Below are positions 46,197 through 55,373 of a DNA stretch of 64,000 bases, piece by piece (position 1 is the stretch's first letter; each line of letters starts with the position of its first letter). The DNA is taken from NCBI GenBank assembly GCA_902514105.1, contig CABXPU010000001.1, positions 36,105 through 100,104 on the forward strand. The letters run 5' to 3'. A model generated the notes under the pieces. The model had not been told where the DNA came from and searched no databases. It saw only the letters and a list, made by a program, of their open reading frames with translations. Both the position numbers and the translations under genes were made by a program. The DNA is from an uncultured SAR86 cluster bacterium. Its GTDB lineage: Bacteria > Pseudomonadota > Gammaproteobacteria > Magnimaribacterales > D2472.

Positions 46197-46835
46197 TTAA
46201 GCTCCCCATTCATCCCTATAACTTTTTAGTTGGCTTAGGTACTTTTCATAATCAGGATTTGACTCAGAATAAGATATTAGAGTATCTAAATTTATAATAG
46301 ATACAACATTCATATTAAACATTCCTTCAAGTTCTTGTCTGGCTGAAATATTGCCTTGACCCTTTTCTTGTCTATCTAATCCAACTAGCATTATTTTTGG
46401 ATTAGCTCCTATTGATTTTATGATTTCTATAGATTCTTTTGCAGCAGTTCCTGCTGAAATTACATCATCTATTATCAATACATCTCCCGAGGGGTCATTC
46501 CCAATAATATTTCCGCCTTCTCCATGATCTTTAATTTCTTTTCTATTAAAAGACAGCGGATATTTTTCACCATGCTTACTCAATATCATTGAAACGATCG
46601 AGCCCAAAAATATTCCTTTATAAGCAGGACCATATATGCAATCAAAAGATATATTTGCTGATTTTATTGCTTCACGATAACAATCTGCCAGGCTATATAA
46701 ATAACCCCCATTCAACATTTTTGCTGCATTAAAAAAATAAGGGCTTTTTCTACCTGATTTTAGTGTGAAATCTCCAAACTCTAGCACCTTTGCATTAAGA
46801 GCTAACTCAAGGAATTGTTTTTGATATTCTTTCAC
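46197..46835 (-). CDS. pyrE: orotate phosphoribosyltransferase
   Basis: 212 aa. FGDFTLKSGRKSPYFFN and the PRPP-binding loop VLIIDDVISAGTA. Confidence 0.9.
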   Translation of the reverse strand: MKEYQKQFLELALNAKVLEFGDFTLKSGRKSPYFFNAAKMLNGGYLYSLADCYREAIKSANISFDCIYGPAYKGIFLGSIVSMILSKHGEKYPLSFNRKEIKDHGEGGNIIGNDPSGDVLIIDDVISAGTAAKESIEIIKSIGANPKIMLVGLDRQEKGQGNISARQELEGMFNMNVVSIINLDTLISYSESNPDYEKYLSQLKSYRDEWGA

Positions 46836-47540
46836 TTATTTTAGACAAGATTTTTGTATCTCAATAATATCATTGATAGCTATTTTTCCAATATCAACCA
46901 TTTTATTAAGTTCATCTTGTGAGAAGGGAGCTTCTTCTGCAGTGCCTTGTATTTCAATGACATTAAGATCATCAGTCATTACAAGATTTAAATCTGTTTC
47001 TGCGTTGCTATCTTCTTTGTAATCTAGATCGAGCAAGACTTCTTGTTTAAAGATCCCAAGGGAAACAGCTGCAACATATGATTTAATAGCTCTATGGTCA
47101 TCATGATGATCTTGCAAAGCTTTAAATAATGCAACACATCCGCCTGTTATAGAGGCAGTTCTAGTTCCTCCATCGGCCTGTATCACATCACAATCAATTG
47201 AAATAGTTTTACCAGGAATGTATTTTAAATTAACTGCTTGCCTTAGCGATCTTCCTATAAGTCTTTGGATTTCTTGTGTTCTACCACTCTGTTTACCTTT
47301 AGCGGCCTCCCTACGCATTCTTTCATTTGTAGACCTTGGTAACATTCCATATTCAGCTGTAATCCATCCCTCATCACTTCCTCTCATCCATCTAGGAACA
47401 TTATTTTCTATAGTTGCAGTACAAATTACGTGTGTGTTGCCGAACTTAACTAAAGCGGAACCTTCTGCATTAATATTTATATCTGTTTCTATAGAAACTT
47501 CTCTTAGTTGGTCGCTATCTCTATTATTACTTCTTTGCAT
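46836..47540 (-). CDS. rph: ribonuclease PH
   Basis: 234 aa. [33 protein letters not shown] and [18 protein letters not shown]. Confidence 0.92.
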   Translation of the reverse strand: MQRSNNRDSDQLREVSIETDININAEGSALVKFGNTHVICTATIENNVPRWMRGSDEGWITAEYGMLPRSTNERMRREAAKGKQSGRTQEIQRLIGRSLRQAVNLKYIPGKTISIDCDVIQADGGTRTASITGGCVALFKALQDHHDDHRAIKSYVAAVSLGIFKQEVLLDLDYKEDSNAETDLNLVMTDDLNVIEIQGTAEEAPFSQDELNKMVDIGKIAINDIIEIQKSCLK

Positions 47541-47567
47541 AATCTTAACCTAATGATGAACTGAAAA

Positions 47568-48011
47568 TTAATTTAATTGGTCTTTTACTATTTTGCTAAC
47601 CAAACCCATATCTGCTGAGCCAGCCAAAGCATTCTTCAATACGCCCATCACTTTGCCAATATCTTGCATGCCTGCCGCTCCCGTCTCACTAATTGCATCT
47701 TTTACCTTGGCAGCAATCTCAGATTCATCTAATTGTTTGGGTTTATATTTTGAGAGAATTTCTAATTCAGTTTGTTCTACTTCTGCAAGGTCTGGACGAT
47801 TGCCTTTGGTAAATTGCTCGATTGAATCTTTTCTTTGTTTTACCATTTTATTAATGATTTGTAATATTTGAACATCATCAACTTCAACCCTATTGTCAAT
47901 TTCAAACCTTTGTATTTCTGATAGAAGCATTCTAAGGGTGTCACGAACAGCAACATCTTTATTAAGCATTGCTTGCTTAAGATGAGATTTAATATCAGCG
48001 AGAAGCGCCAA
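47568..48011 (-). CDS. GatB/YqeY domain-containing protein
   Basis: 147 aa. A YqeY-like helical protein (LKQAMLNKD..RDTLRMLLSEIQ) located directly downstream of rpsU, a common arrangement. Confidence 0.7.
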   Translation of the reverse strand: MALLADIKSHLKQAMLNKDVAVRDTLRMLLSEIQRFEIDNRVEVDDVQILQIINKMVKQRKDSIEQFTKGNRPDLAEVEQTELEILSKYKPKQLDESEIAAKVKDAISETGAAGMQDIGKVMGVLKNALAGSADMGLVSKIVKDQLN

Positions 48012-48014
48012 GAT

Positions 48015-48233
48015 TTATCGGTAAGACCTCTGTCTTGAAAAAGAAAATTTTCTATTTGTTTTATGAGCTCTTTTAACAGCTGCTGCCATTAAACGTTTTC
48101 TTTTTGCAGTAGGTTTTTCATAGAATTCTCTTGCTCTTATTTCAGGCACAATTGCAGCTTTTTCGCATGCACGCTTGAACTTTCTAAGACCAATGTCAAA
48201 ATGTTCTGTATCTTTTATTATAATTGAAGGCAT
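48015..48233 (-). CDS. rpsU: 30S ribosomal protein S21
   Basis: 72 aa. [47 protein letters not shown] is unmistakably bS21. Confidence 0.95.
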   Translation of the reverse strand: MPSIIIKDTEHFDIGLRKFKRACEKAAIVPEIRAREFYEKPTAKRKRLMAAAVKRAHKTNRKFSFSRQRSYR

Positions 48234-48282
48234 AATTAGTCGCGTAGTTTAGGCTTTTATTGGGAAATTTGCAAAATTTTTT

Positions 48283-49278
48283 ATGATAACTTTAGGAATA
48301 GAAACCTCATGTGATGAAACAGCAGTTGCAGTTTTTGATACTTCAAGAGGATTAATTGGCGAATCTGTATTCAGTCAAATTGATATGCATGCTGAGTATG
48401 GAGGAGTTGTGCCCGAATTAGCCTCAAGAGACCACTGTTTAAAGATACTTTCTGTGCTTGAGGATTCTCTGGGAGGTATCAATATTTCAGAAATAGATCA
48501 AGTTGCATACACTGCAGGACCAGGCCTTCTTGGCGCTTTGCTGGTTGGAGAAAGTTTTGCTCATGGCTTATCAGCTGGATTAGGAATCCCCTCAATTCCA
48601 ATTCATCATTTAGAAGCACACTTGATGGCGCCAGCATTAGATTTTGATGATATAAGCTTTCCTTTTATTTCTTTGCTTGTTTCCGGAGGCCATTCATTAA
48701 TTATTGACGTCAGAGGATTGGGAGATTATGAAATATTAGGAGAATCTCAAGATGATGCCGTTGGAGAAGCTTTTGATAAAGTAGGGAAACTATTAAACCT
48801 TCCATATCCCGGAGGTCCTCATATAGAACGAATTGCTAAAGAGGGCGATCCCTCAAAGTTTAACTACCCTAGACCAATGCTAAATAGCGATGATTTAAAT
48901 TTAAGTTTTAGTGGTTTAAAGACAGCAGTGCTTTATTCAATTAGAGACTTAGATAATCTTGATGAGCATATTGCAGATATTGCTGCCTCTTTTCAGCAAG
49001 CTGCAATAGAAGTATTGGTATCAAAGATTAAAAAGGCTTTGATTAAGACTAATAGAGATACTCTTATTCTCGCTGGCGGAGTTGCTGCTAATATGCTTTT
49101 ACGCGATGAAATGAATAAATTAGAAGATGAGTATGGTATCAAGGTAAGATATCCTGAAATGAAACATTGTACTGATAATGCTGCAATGATAGCTTACTTG
49201 GGCTCATTAAAATCAGTTGATCTATCAAAGCAGGGCATTTCGTGCGCAAGGCCAAGATGGCCTCTTGATGAGGTATAG
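48283..49278 (+). CDS. tsaD: tRNA N6-adenosine threonylcarbamoyltransferase
   Basis: 331 aa. LGIETSCDETAVAV, HHLEAHL and GGVAAN. Divergent from rpsU as in E. coli. Confidence 0.92.
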   Translation: MITLGIETSCDETAVAVFDTSRGLIGESVFSQIDMHAEYGGVVPELASRDHCLKILSVLEDSLGGINISEIDQVAYTAGPGLLGALLVGESFAHGLSAGLGIPSIPIHHLEAHLMAPALDFDDISFPFISLLVSGGHSLIIDVRGLGDYEILGESQDDAVGEAFDKVGKLLNLPYPGGPHIERIAKEGDPSKFNYPRPMLNSDDLNLSFSGLKTAVLYSIRDLDNLDEHIADIAASFQQAAIEVLVSKIKKALIKTNRDTLILAGGVAANMLLRDEMNKLEDEYGIKVRYPEMKHCTDNAAMIAYLGSLKSVDLSKQGISCARPRWPLDEV

Positions 49279-49280
49279 CA

Positions 49281-49628
49281 ATGCAAGACACTATCTATAT
49301 AAAAGATCTAAGGGTTAAAACAACCATAGGTATTTTTGAATGGGAGCGAAAGGTAAAACAAGAGGTCAGTATTGATATGGAATTCCCATTTGATTGTAAA
49401 AAAGCTGCAGCATCAGATTCCATTGAAGATACCATTGATTACAAAACTATTACCAAAGGCGTAATTAAATTTGTAGAAGAGTCTTCATACCAGTTACAAG
49501 AAACACTTGCTGAAAATATAGCTTCCTTATTGAAAGATGAATATGGAATCAAATCTGTAAAGCTAAGAGTTTCTAAGCCTGGAGCCTTAAGAGGCGCCAA
49601 AGATGTTGGAATAAATATCTCTAGATAA
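49281..49628 (+). CDS. folB: dihydroneopterin aldolase
   Basis: 115 aa. IKDLRVKTTIGIFEWERKVKQEV and DTIDY are typical FolB motifs. Followed by folK with a TAATG junction. Confidence 0.8.
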   Translation: MQDTIYIKDLRVKTTIGIFEWERKVKQEVSIDMEFPFDCKKAAASDSIEDTIDYKTITKGVIKFVEESSYQLQETLAENIASLLKDEYGIKSVKLRVSKPGALRGAKDVGINISR

Positions 49629-50002
49629 TGAAGTATTATCTTTCTATTGGGAGCAATATTAATGCTGAAGTAAATTTACTTCTTGCAATAGAGAGATTGC
49701 AAAAACTTTTAAATAATATTGAATATTCTTCAATTCATAAAACAAAAGCAGAGGGGTTTAAAGGGGATGATTTCCTAAACTTAGTATTATCAGGAGATTG
49801 TGAACTTTCTTTTAGCCATCTAGAAAAAAGTTTAAAAGAGATAGAGGATCAATCTGGCAGGAACAGGAATGCGCCAAAGTTTAGCTCAAGAACTCTTGAT
49901 ATAGATATAGTCCTGCAAATAGATGATGATGAAATATTGTTTGAAAGTGATGAGATTGAGAAGTATTCTTTTGTTTCAGAACCACTCAAAGAAATAATTT
50001 AA
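49628..50002 (+). CDS. folK: 2-amino-4-hydroxy-6-hydroxymethyldihydropteridine pyrophosphokinase (short form)
   Basis: 124 aa. YLSIGSNI and RTLDIDIVL match HPPK motifs. It is about 30 aa shorter at the C-terminus than E. coli FolK. Confidence 0.7.
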   Translation: MKYYLSIGSNINAEVNLLLAIERLQKLLNNIEYSSIHKTKAEGFKGDDFLNLVLSGDCELSFSHLEKSLKEIEDQSGRNRNAPKFSSRTLDIDIVLQIDDDEILFESDEIEKYSFVSEPLKEII

Positions 50003-50012
50003 TAGAAATTAT

Positions 50013-51074
50013 TTATTTAAAATTTGTTTCGACAATACCCCAGGCAGCTTTTGATATTGGATAAACCTGCATACCTCTTTCTTCGGCATGTTTATTGGAT
50101 GCCGTCCCATCCCTAACTCTTCCCAAAATTCCTTGGCAGATTGCAGCTATTTTAAACATATTAAATACCATATAGAATTCAAAGTCTTCTGAAATATCTT
50201 TTCCAGAATGTTCAGAATACATGTCTCTATATTCAGTCTCAGAAGGAATACCAAGCTCCTTCAATAGTTTTAGATCTTGCATTGCTGGCAAGGTTCTCCA
50301 AGTTAGGCAATGGTAACTAAAGTCTGCGATTGGGTGACCCAAAGTTGATAACTCCCAGTCTAAAACGCCTATAACTTCATGATTCTTATAAATCATATTA
50401 TCTAACCTATAATCACCATGGACTATTGAAGTCTCATCATCATCGGGGATATTTTTAGGCAGCCAATCAATTAAATTATTCATTTCAGGTATTGTGTCTG
50501 TCTCAGATGCTAAATATTGTTTAGTCCATCTGCTAACTTGTCGAGCGACGTAGTTGCCGGGCTTCCCATAGTTTTCCAAACCAACATCCTGGTAATTTAC
50601 AGAATGAAGATTAGCTAAAACTTGATTCTTTTGTTGATATATTTTCTTTCTTTCTTCTTTTGAACAGTCGGGTAGCATATGATCCCAATAGACTCTTCCA
50701 TCAAGGAAATCCATTATAAAAAATGGAGTTCCAATAACATCAGCATCCTCACACAAGCCATATGTCATTGGTACTGGAACATCTGTATCAAATAAAGATG
50801 TTATAACTTTATATTCTCTATCGACTGCATGCGCAGATGGAAGCAGTTTCCCCGGGGGCTTTCTTCTAAGAACAAAATTTTTATTTTCAGTTGAAAGTTT
50901 GTATGTAGGATTACTTTGACCACCTTTAAATTGCTCAATATTTATTATTTTTCCTACAGATTGAGCATTGCTATCTATCCATTCTTGCAGTTTTCCTTGA
51001 TCAAATTTTAGATTTTCAGCTACTGCTTGAGTGCCTAAATAAATCTCTTCGATTGATGATTTGTCTTCTGTCAT
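50013..51074 (-). CDS. phosphotransferase family protein (APH/choline-kinase fold)
   Basis: 353 aa. Brenner/catalytic motif VHGDYRLDNMI and metal-binding VLDWELSTLGHP. Substrate unknown. Confidence 0.6.
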   Translation of the reverse strand: MTEDKSSIEEIYLGTQAVAENLKFDQGKLQEWIDSNAQSVGKIINIEQFKGGQSNPTYKLSTENKNFVLRRKPPGKLLPSAHAVDREYKVITSLFDTDVPVPMTYGLCEDADVIGTPFFIMDFLDGRVYWDHMLPDCSKEERKKIYQQKNQVLANLHSVNYQDVGLENYGKPGNYVARQVSRWTKQYLASETDTIPEMNNLIDWLPKNIPDDDETSIVHGDYRLDNMIYKNHEVIGVLDWELSTLGHPIADFSYHCLTWRTLPAMQDLKLLKELGIPSETEYRDMYSEHSGKDISEDFEFYMVFNMFKIAAICQGILGRVRDGTASNKHAEERGMQVYPISKAAWGIVETNFK

Positions 51075-51799
51075 AACAAAGATCTTCCTCCATCAACATT
51101 AATGGTTTGTCCAGTAATATATTTTGAATCTATAACAAATTTTACAGCATTTGCTATATCGATTTCATTACCAAGTCTATTGAGAGGTATTTTATTAGTA
51201 ATGCTTATTAACTCTTTTTCACTCCACTCCTTATCAGGAGGTTCTAATATCGCGCCCGGAGCAATTGCATTCACCCTTACTTTTGGAGCTAGCTCTCTAG
51301 CCAAAACTTTAGTTACCGCCTTAAGACCGCCCTTAGCCGCAGAGTATATTGAATAACCCGACATGCCTTTATCTATATTTATATCGGTAATATTGATTAC
51401 AGAACCTTCATTATCTTTTAATAGGCCTGCCAAGCCTCGAGTTAAGAATAGGGGGCCCTTAAGATTGCTTCCTATTAATTTATCCCAATCCTCATACGAC
51501 ATTTTTGCTATTGGTGTGGCATAAAAACTTGAAGCATTATTTATTAAAGCATCGATTCTTCCATATGCATCTGAAGCCTCTTTTATTAATCTTGCGACAT
51601 CTTTTTCTTTATCGAGGTTTGCTTGGATAACACAAGAACTCCCCTCTCTTATGTTATTGAATTCTTTAGATAAGCTAGAGGCCTCTTCAAAGGAATTATT
51701 GCAATGAATAATTACATTCCACTGATCATTTATAAAAACTTTAGCAATTTCCTTGCCGATCCTTTTTCCTGCGCCAGTTACAAGAACAACTTTATTCAT
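51071..51799 (-). CDS. SDR family reductase with a pteridine-reductase-type (FolM/PTR1-like) TGxxxRIG cofactor motif
   Basis: 242 aa. VTGAGKRIGKEIA has an Arg in the glycine-rich loop, as in PTR1/FolM. Catalytic YSAAK is present. Function inferred from the motif only. Confidence 0.55.
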   Translation of the reverse strand: MNKVVLVTGAGKRIGKEIAKVFINDQWNVIIHCNNSFEEASSLSKEFNNIREGSSCVIQANLDKEKDVARLIKEASDAYGRIDALINNASSFYATPIAKMSYEDWDKLIGSNLKGPLFLTRGLAGLLKDNEGSVINITDINIDKGMSGYSIYSAAKGGLKAVTKVLARELAPKVRVNAIAPGAILEPPDKEWSEKELISITNKIPLNRLGNEIDIANAVKFVIDSKYITGQTINVDGGRSLL

Positions 51800-52814
51800 A
51801 GGTCTTTCCTATAGCCCCCTTAATAAGCTCTAATTTAAAACTTTTTACTTCACTTTTTTTAACATCTTTTAAAGAAGCAAAATCTTCTTTGATTATATTA
51901 TCACCAAGTTTTTTAATAAATTCTTTATTTGTCTCCAATATATTTAATAAAAGCAAATCAGATATTTCATTAAGATTGCGGTGGAAATTAAGCTCTTCTA
52001 TTATCTCAACAAGCTCTTCATTTGAGGTATTAGTATTAATCTTTATTAGATTCTTCAACAATTTAACATATACCTTATACCTATTAGGGATAGGAATATT
52101 TTGACCAAGCAGGAAATCATTTTTAAATTCCAAATCAGCCCATTTTGCGTGAGGGGTAACGTTTTCTTGGCATTCTGGATGAGCTAGATCCTTTAACCAG
52201 GGATTGCTTAAATCAAAATCAAGCAAGAATTTAAAAAAATTAGTAGCATGGTTTGATTCAATTACAAGCTCAATTTCTTTCCAGATTCGATCTTTTGATA
52301 GGTGTTTAAGCTCCCCAGAATTTCCAATATCTAACAACATTTTTTTAGTTGATTCATTTATTTCAAAATCCTTAAGGTGCGGGTATGTTTTAAATCTTGC
52401 AACCCTTATAGCTCGGAGCGGGTCTTCTAAAAAAGCTGGCGATACATGTTTAAATTTTTTATTCTTAATATCATCAATTCCACCAAACGGATCAATCAGT
52501 TTCCCTTTTGTATCTTTTGCAATTGCATTTATAGTCAAATCTCTTCTTGATAGATCTTCTTCAAGAGTGACATCTGCGCCATGATAAAATCTGAACCCTT
52601 TATATCCATATCCGTCTTTTTTTTCGGTCCTAGCAAGAGCATATTCTTCATTTGATTTGGGGTGAATAAATACAGGAAAATCTTTGCCAACTGGTTTATA
52701 GCCTTCTTTGATCATAAGTTCAGGAGAAGAGCCAACCACCACCCAGTCTTTATCCTTAGGATTTATTCCTAATAATTCATCTCTAATAGATCCACCAACT
52801 TGATATATTTTCAT
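51792..52814 (-). CDS. cca: CCA-adding tRNA nucleotidyltransferase (class II), lacking a recognisable HD domain
   Basis: 340 aa. The N-terminal 200 aa are collinear with E. coli Cca (MKIYQVGGSIRDELLG, DWVVVG, RRDLTINA, EDPLRAIRVARF). No HD dipeptide occurs anywhere in the protein. Confidence 0.8.
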   Translation of the reverse strand: MKIYQVGGSIRDELLGINPKDKDWVVVGSSPELMIKEGYKPVGKDFPVFIHPKSNEEYALARTEKKDGYGYKGFRFYHGADVTLEEDLSRRDLTINAIAKDTKGKLIDPFGGIDDIKNKKFKHVSPAFLEDPLRAIRVARFKTYPHLKDFEINESTKKMLLDIGNSGELKHLSKDRIWKEIELVIESNHATNFFKFLLDFDLSNPWLKDLAHPECQENVTPHAKWADLEFKNDFLLGQNIPIPNRYKVYVKLLKNLIKINTNTSNEELVEIIEELNFHRNLNEISDLLLLNILETNKEFIKKLGDNIIKEDFASLKDVKKSEVKSFKLELIKGAIGKTYE

Positions 52815-53617
52815 AATCTTTTAACTGAGAATATTTTCTTATCTTCTAATCGTACAGCTGTTAATTTCCCACCCCAAACACAGCCTGTATCTAAGCCTAT
52901 TATATTGGCTATTTTAGTTTTGCCATTTAGAGCAGCCCAATGCCCAAAGATAATATATTCATTTGGATTTTTTATCAGCTCATTTGATTTCACAAACCAC
53001 GGGACAAGGCCTTTTGTTAGCTTTGCATCCTTTACCTTTAAATTAAGATTGCCCTTAGTATCAAGATAGCGCATACGAGTAAAACAATTAATAATAAATC
53101 TAAACCTTTTCTCATTAGTAAGCTTTTCATTCCATTTTATAGGCCTATCTCCCCACATATTACTCAGAACAAAAGAAGGATTCTCTCTAAGATTTTTAGA
53201 TAACTCTTTATTTAACTCAAGTGCTTTTTCAAAGCTCCAAAAATAAGGTATGCCCGCATGAGAGATCCAGAATATTTCATCATTCTTTTTTATTTTCAAG
53301 ACCAAAGGCTTTCTTATTAACCATTTGAAGTATTTAGAAGGATTTTTTGAAGTCAGAATAGGGGTCAAGGTCTTAGCTTTTTTTTGATTAGACTGAATCA
53401 AGCTTAAGAGATAAAGATCATGATTGCCCAAAACAGCATCAACAGATTTACTGTGCTTAATGCAAAAATCTAAGACTTCTTTTGATCCAGGGCCTCTGTT
53501 AACAAGGTCTCCAGCAAAGACAAGCCGATCCTCTGATGGATTAAAATTTATTTTTTTAACTAGTTTTTTGAGTTCTTTATAACAACCCTGAACATCGCCA
53601 ATTACATAGGTGGACAT
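52811..53617 (-). CDS. apaH: bis(5'-nucleosyl)-tetraphosphatase (symmetrical)
   Basis: 268 aa. Metallophosphatase motifs GDVQGC, GDLVNRGP, GNHD and GHWA. Confidence 0.85.
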   Translation of the reverse strand: MSTYVIGDVQGCYKELKKLVKKINFNPSEDRLVFAGDLVNRGPGSKEVLDFCIKHSKSVDAVLGNHDLYLLSLIQSNQKKAKTLTPILTSKNPSKYFKWLIRKPLVLKIKKNDEIFWISHAGIPYFWSFEKALELNKELSKNLRENPSFVLSNMWGDRPIKWNEKLTNEKRFRFIINCFTRMRYLDTKGNLNLKVKDAKLTKGLVPWFVKSNELIKNPNEYIIFGHWAALNGKTKIANIIGLDTGCVWGGKLTAVRLEDKKIFSVKRL

Positions 53618-53619
53618 AT

Positions 53620-54396
53620 TTAATTTCCAAAAACTTCCTTGGTAATCTTAATATAAGATTCTAGAGTTAAGTCCTCTGGCCTTGCTTTGTTATCTATATC
53701 AAGATTTGACCAGTTTATTTCTTTACTTTTAAGATTGTTTTTAATATTTTTTCTTCTAGACATAAAAGACAAATTAACAATCTCAAAGAAATTGTTTCTT
53801 TCTTCCATTGTTATTAGAGGATCCTTTAAAGGTATCATTCTAATAAAGCTAGACATAACTTTTGGCTTTATATCAAATGATTCAGGCGGCACGTCAAATA
53901 ATATTTCTATAGTAAAGAAAGCCGAAAGCTTAATAGCTAACTTGCCCCAATCTTTTGTTCCAGGGCTGCCATTTATTTTCATTGCTACCTCTTTCTGGAC
54001 TAAAAAGTGGATATCAACAATTTGTTTAGCATGATTGATTAGCTTAAGAATGATTTGTGTCGATATATTGTATGGAAGATTCCCAACAACTCTACATTTG
54101 CTAGCTTCAATAAATTGAAGGTCATTATTTAAGATATCACCCAAGATAAAATGAAACTTTGCAGGACCATCAAATTTTTTTATTAGATGGTCTATATTTT
54201 CTTTATCAATATCTATAGCTGTAATTTCAATTGAATCTTTATTCAATATTTGTGTTAAAGCTCCCATGCCTGGACCTATTTCTAAGAATTTATCAAACCT
54301 CACTGGGTTAATGGAATGCTCCATTTCATACAATATTGCAGGATCTTTTAGATAGTTTTGCCCCAGTCTTCTTCTTTTATCTCTTTGACTCATCAA
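53620..54396 (-). CDS. rsmA: 16S rRNA (adenine1518/1519-N6)-dimethyltransferase
   Basis: 258 aa. LGQNYL, SAM motif EIGPGMGALT and NLPYNIST. Confidence 0.9.
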   Translation of the reverse strand: MMSQRDKRRRLGQNYLKDPAILYEMEHSINPVRFDKFLEIGPGMGALTQILNKDSIEITAIDIDKENIDHLIKKFDGPAKFHFILGDILNNDLQFIEASKCRVVGNLPYNISTQIILKLINHAKQIVDIHFLVQKEVAMKINGSPGTKDWGKLAIKLSAFFTIEILFDVPPESFDIKPKVMSSFIRMIPLKDPLITMEERNNFFEIVNLSFMSRRKNIKNNLKSKEINWSNLDIDNKARPEDLTLESYIKITKEVFGN

Positions 54397-55373
54397 ACTA
54401 TAGAGCTTGCTGTATGCAGGGCATTTTTAAGTGAGGATGTGTCTGCTTTGCCGGAGCCGGCAATATCTAATGCAATACCATGGTCAACAGATATTCTAAT
54501 AATTGGAACTCCAAGTGTAATATTAATTCCATTTCCAAAACTTAGCGCCTTCATAACAGGAAGACCCTGATCATGATACATCGCAAGATAAGCATCAGTT
54601 TTATTTAACATAGTTGGAGTAAAAGCTGTATCGGCAGAAATCGGACCACTAATATTAATGCCTATTTTTCTTAAATATTTTGCAGCAGGCTCTAATATTT
54701 CTAGTTCTTCAGTGCCTACTTTCCCGCCTTCTCCAGCGTGAGGATTAAGTCCCAACATAACTATATTTGGTTTTTTTATTTTTAGTTTTGATTTTAGGCC
54801 ATCATTAAGAATGGTTGCTTTGTTTATTATTGTTTCTTTTGTAATTAATTTACTAACCTTTTTTAATGGAACATGGGTCGTAATTAGAGCGACTTTTATT
54901 TGTTCTGAAGCAAGAAGCATTAACACATCTTTGCTTTTAGTGATTTTTTGGATCCATTCAGTATGACCTGAAAAATTTACACCTGAATCAATTATATTTT
55001 TTTTACTGATTGGCCCAGTAACTAAAGCATTATTCTTGTCTAGAAGACATTGATTAATTCCAAAGTTAAGATGCTCGATTACATATGGGGCATTAGATGG
55101 ATTAAGCTTGCCAGTAACATATGTTTTACATTTAGCAACTTGAATTATTTGCAGCAATCCTTTTTTATTTGGCTTAGTATCTTTATGGTTTTCCAGTAAT
55201 GTAATTTTAATTTTCTTATTTAGTAATTTTGCTCTATTAAGAAATAACTTTGGATCACCCAAACAAACTATAGGATGCTTAGAATTCTTCCAGTAATTAG
55301 ATTTAGAAATCTCAATAATAAGATCGACACCTATACCGGATGGTTCACCAGGAGAATAGAAAATCTTCTTCAA
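54393..55373 (-). CDS. pdxA: 4-hydroxythreonine-4-phosphate dehydrogenase
   Basis: 326 aa. GEPSGIG, GHTEW, NPHAGEGG and SVDHGIALD motifs. Confidence 0.9.
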   Translation of the reverse strand: MKKIFYSPGEPSGIGVDLIIEISKSNYWKNSKHPIVCLGDPKLFLNRAKLLNKKIKITLLENHKDTKPNKKGLLQIIQVAKCKTYVTGKLNPSNAPYVIEHLNFGINQCLLDKNNALVTGPISKKNIIDSGVNFSGHTEWIQKITKSKDVLMLLASEQIKVALITTHVPLKKVSKLITKETIINKATILNDGLKSKLKIKKPNIVMLGLNPHAGEGGKVGTEELEILEPAAKYLRKIGINISGPISADTAFTPTMLNKTDAYLAMYHDQGLPVMKALSFGNGINITLGVPIIRISVDHGIALDIAGSGKADTSSLKNALHTASSIV

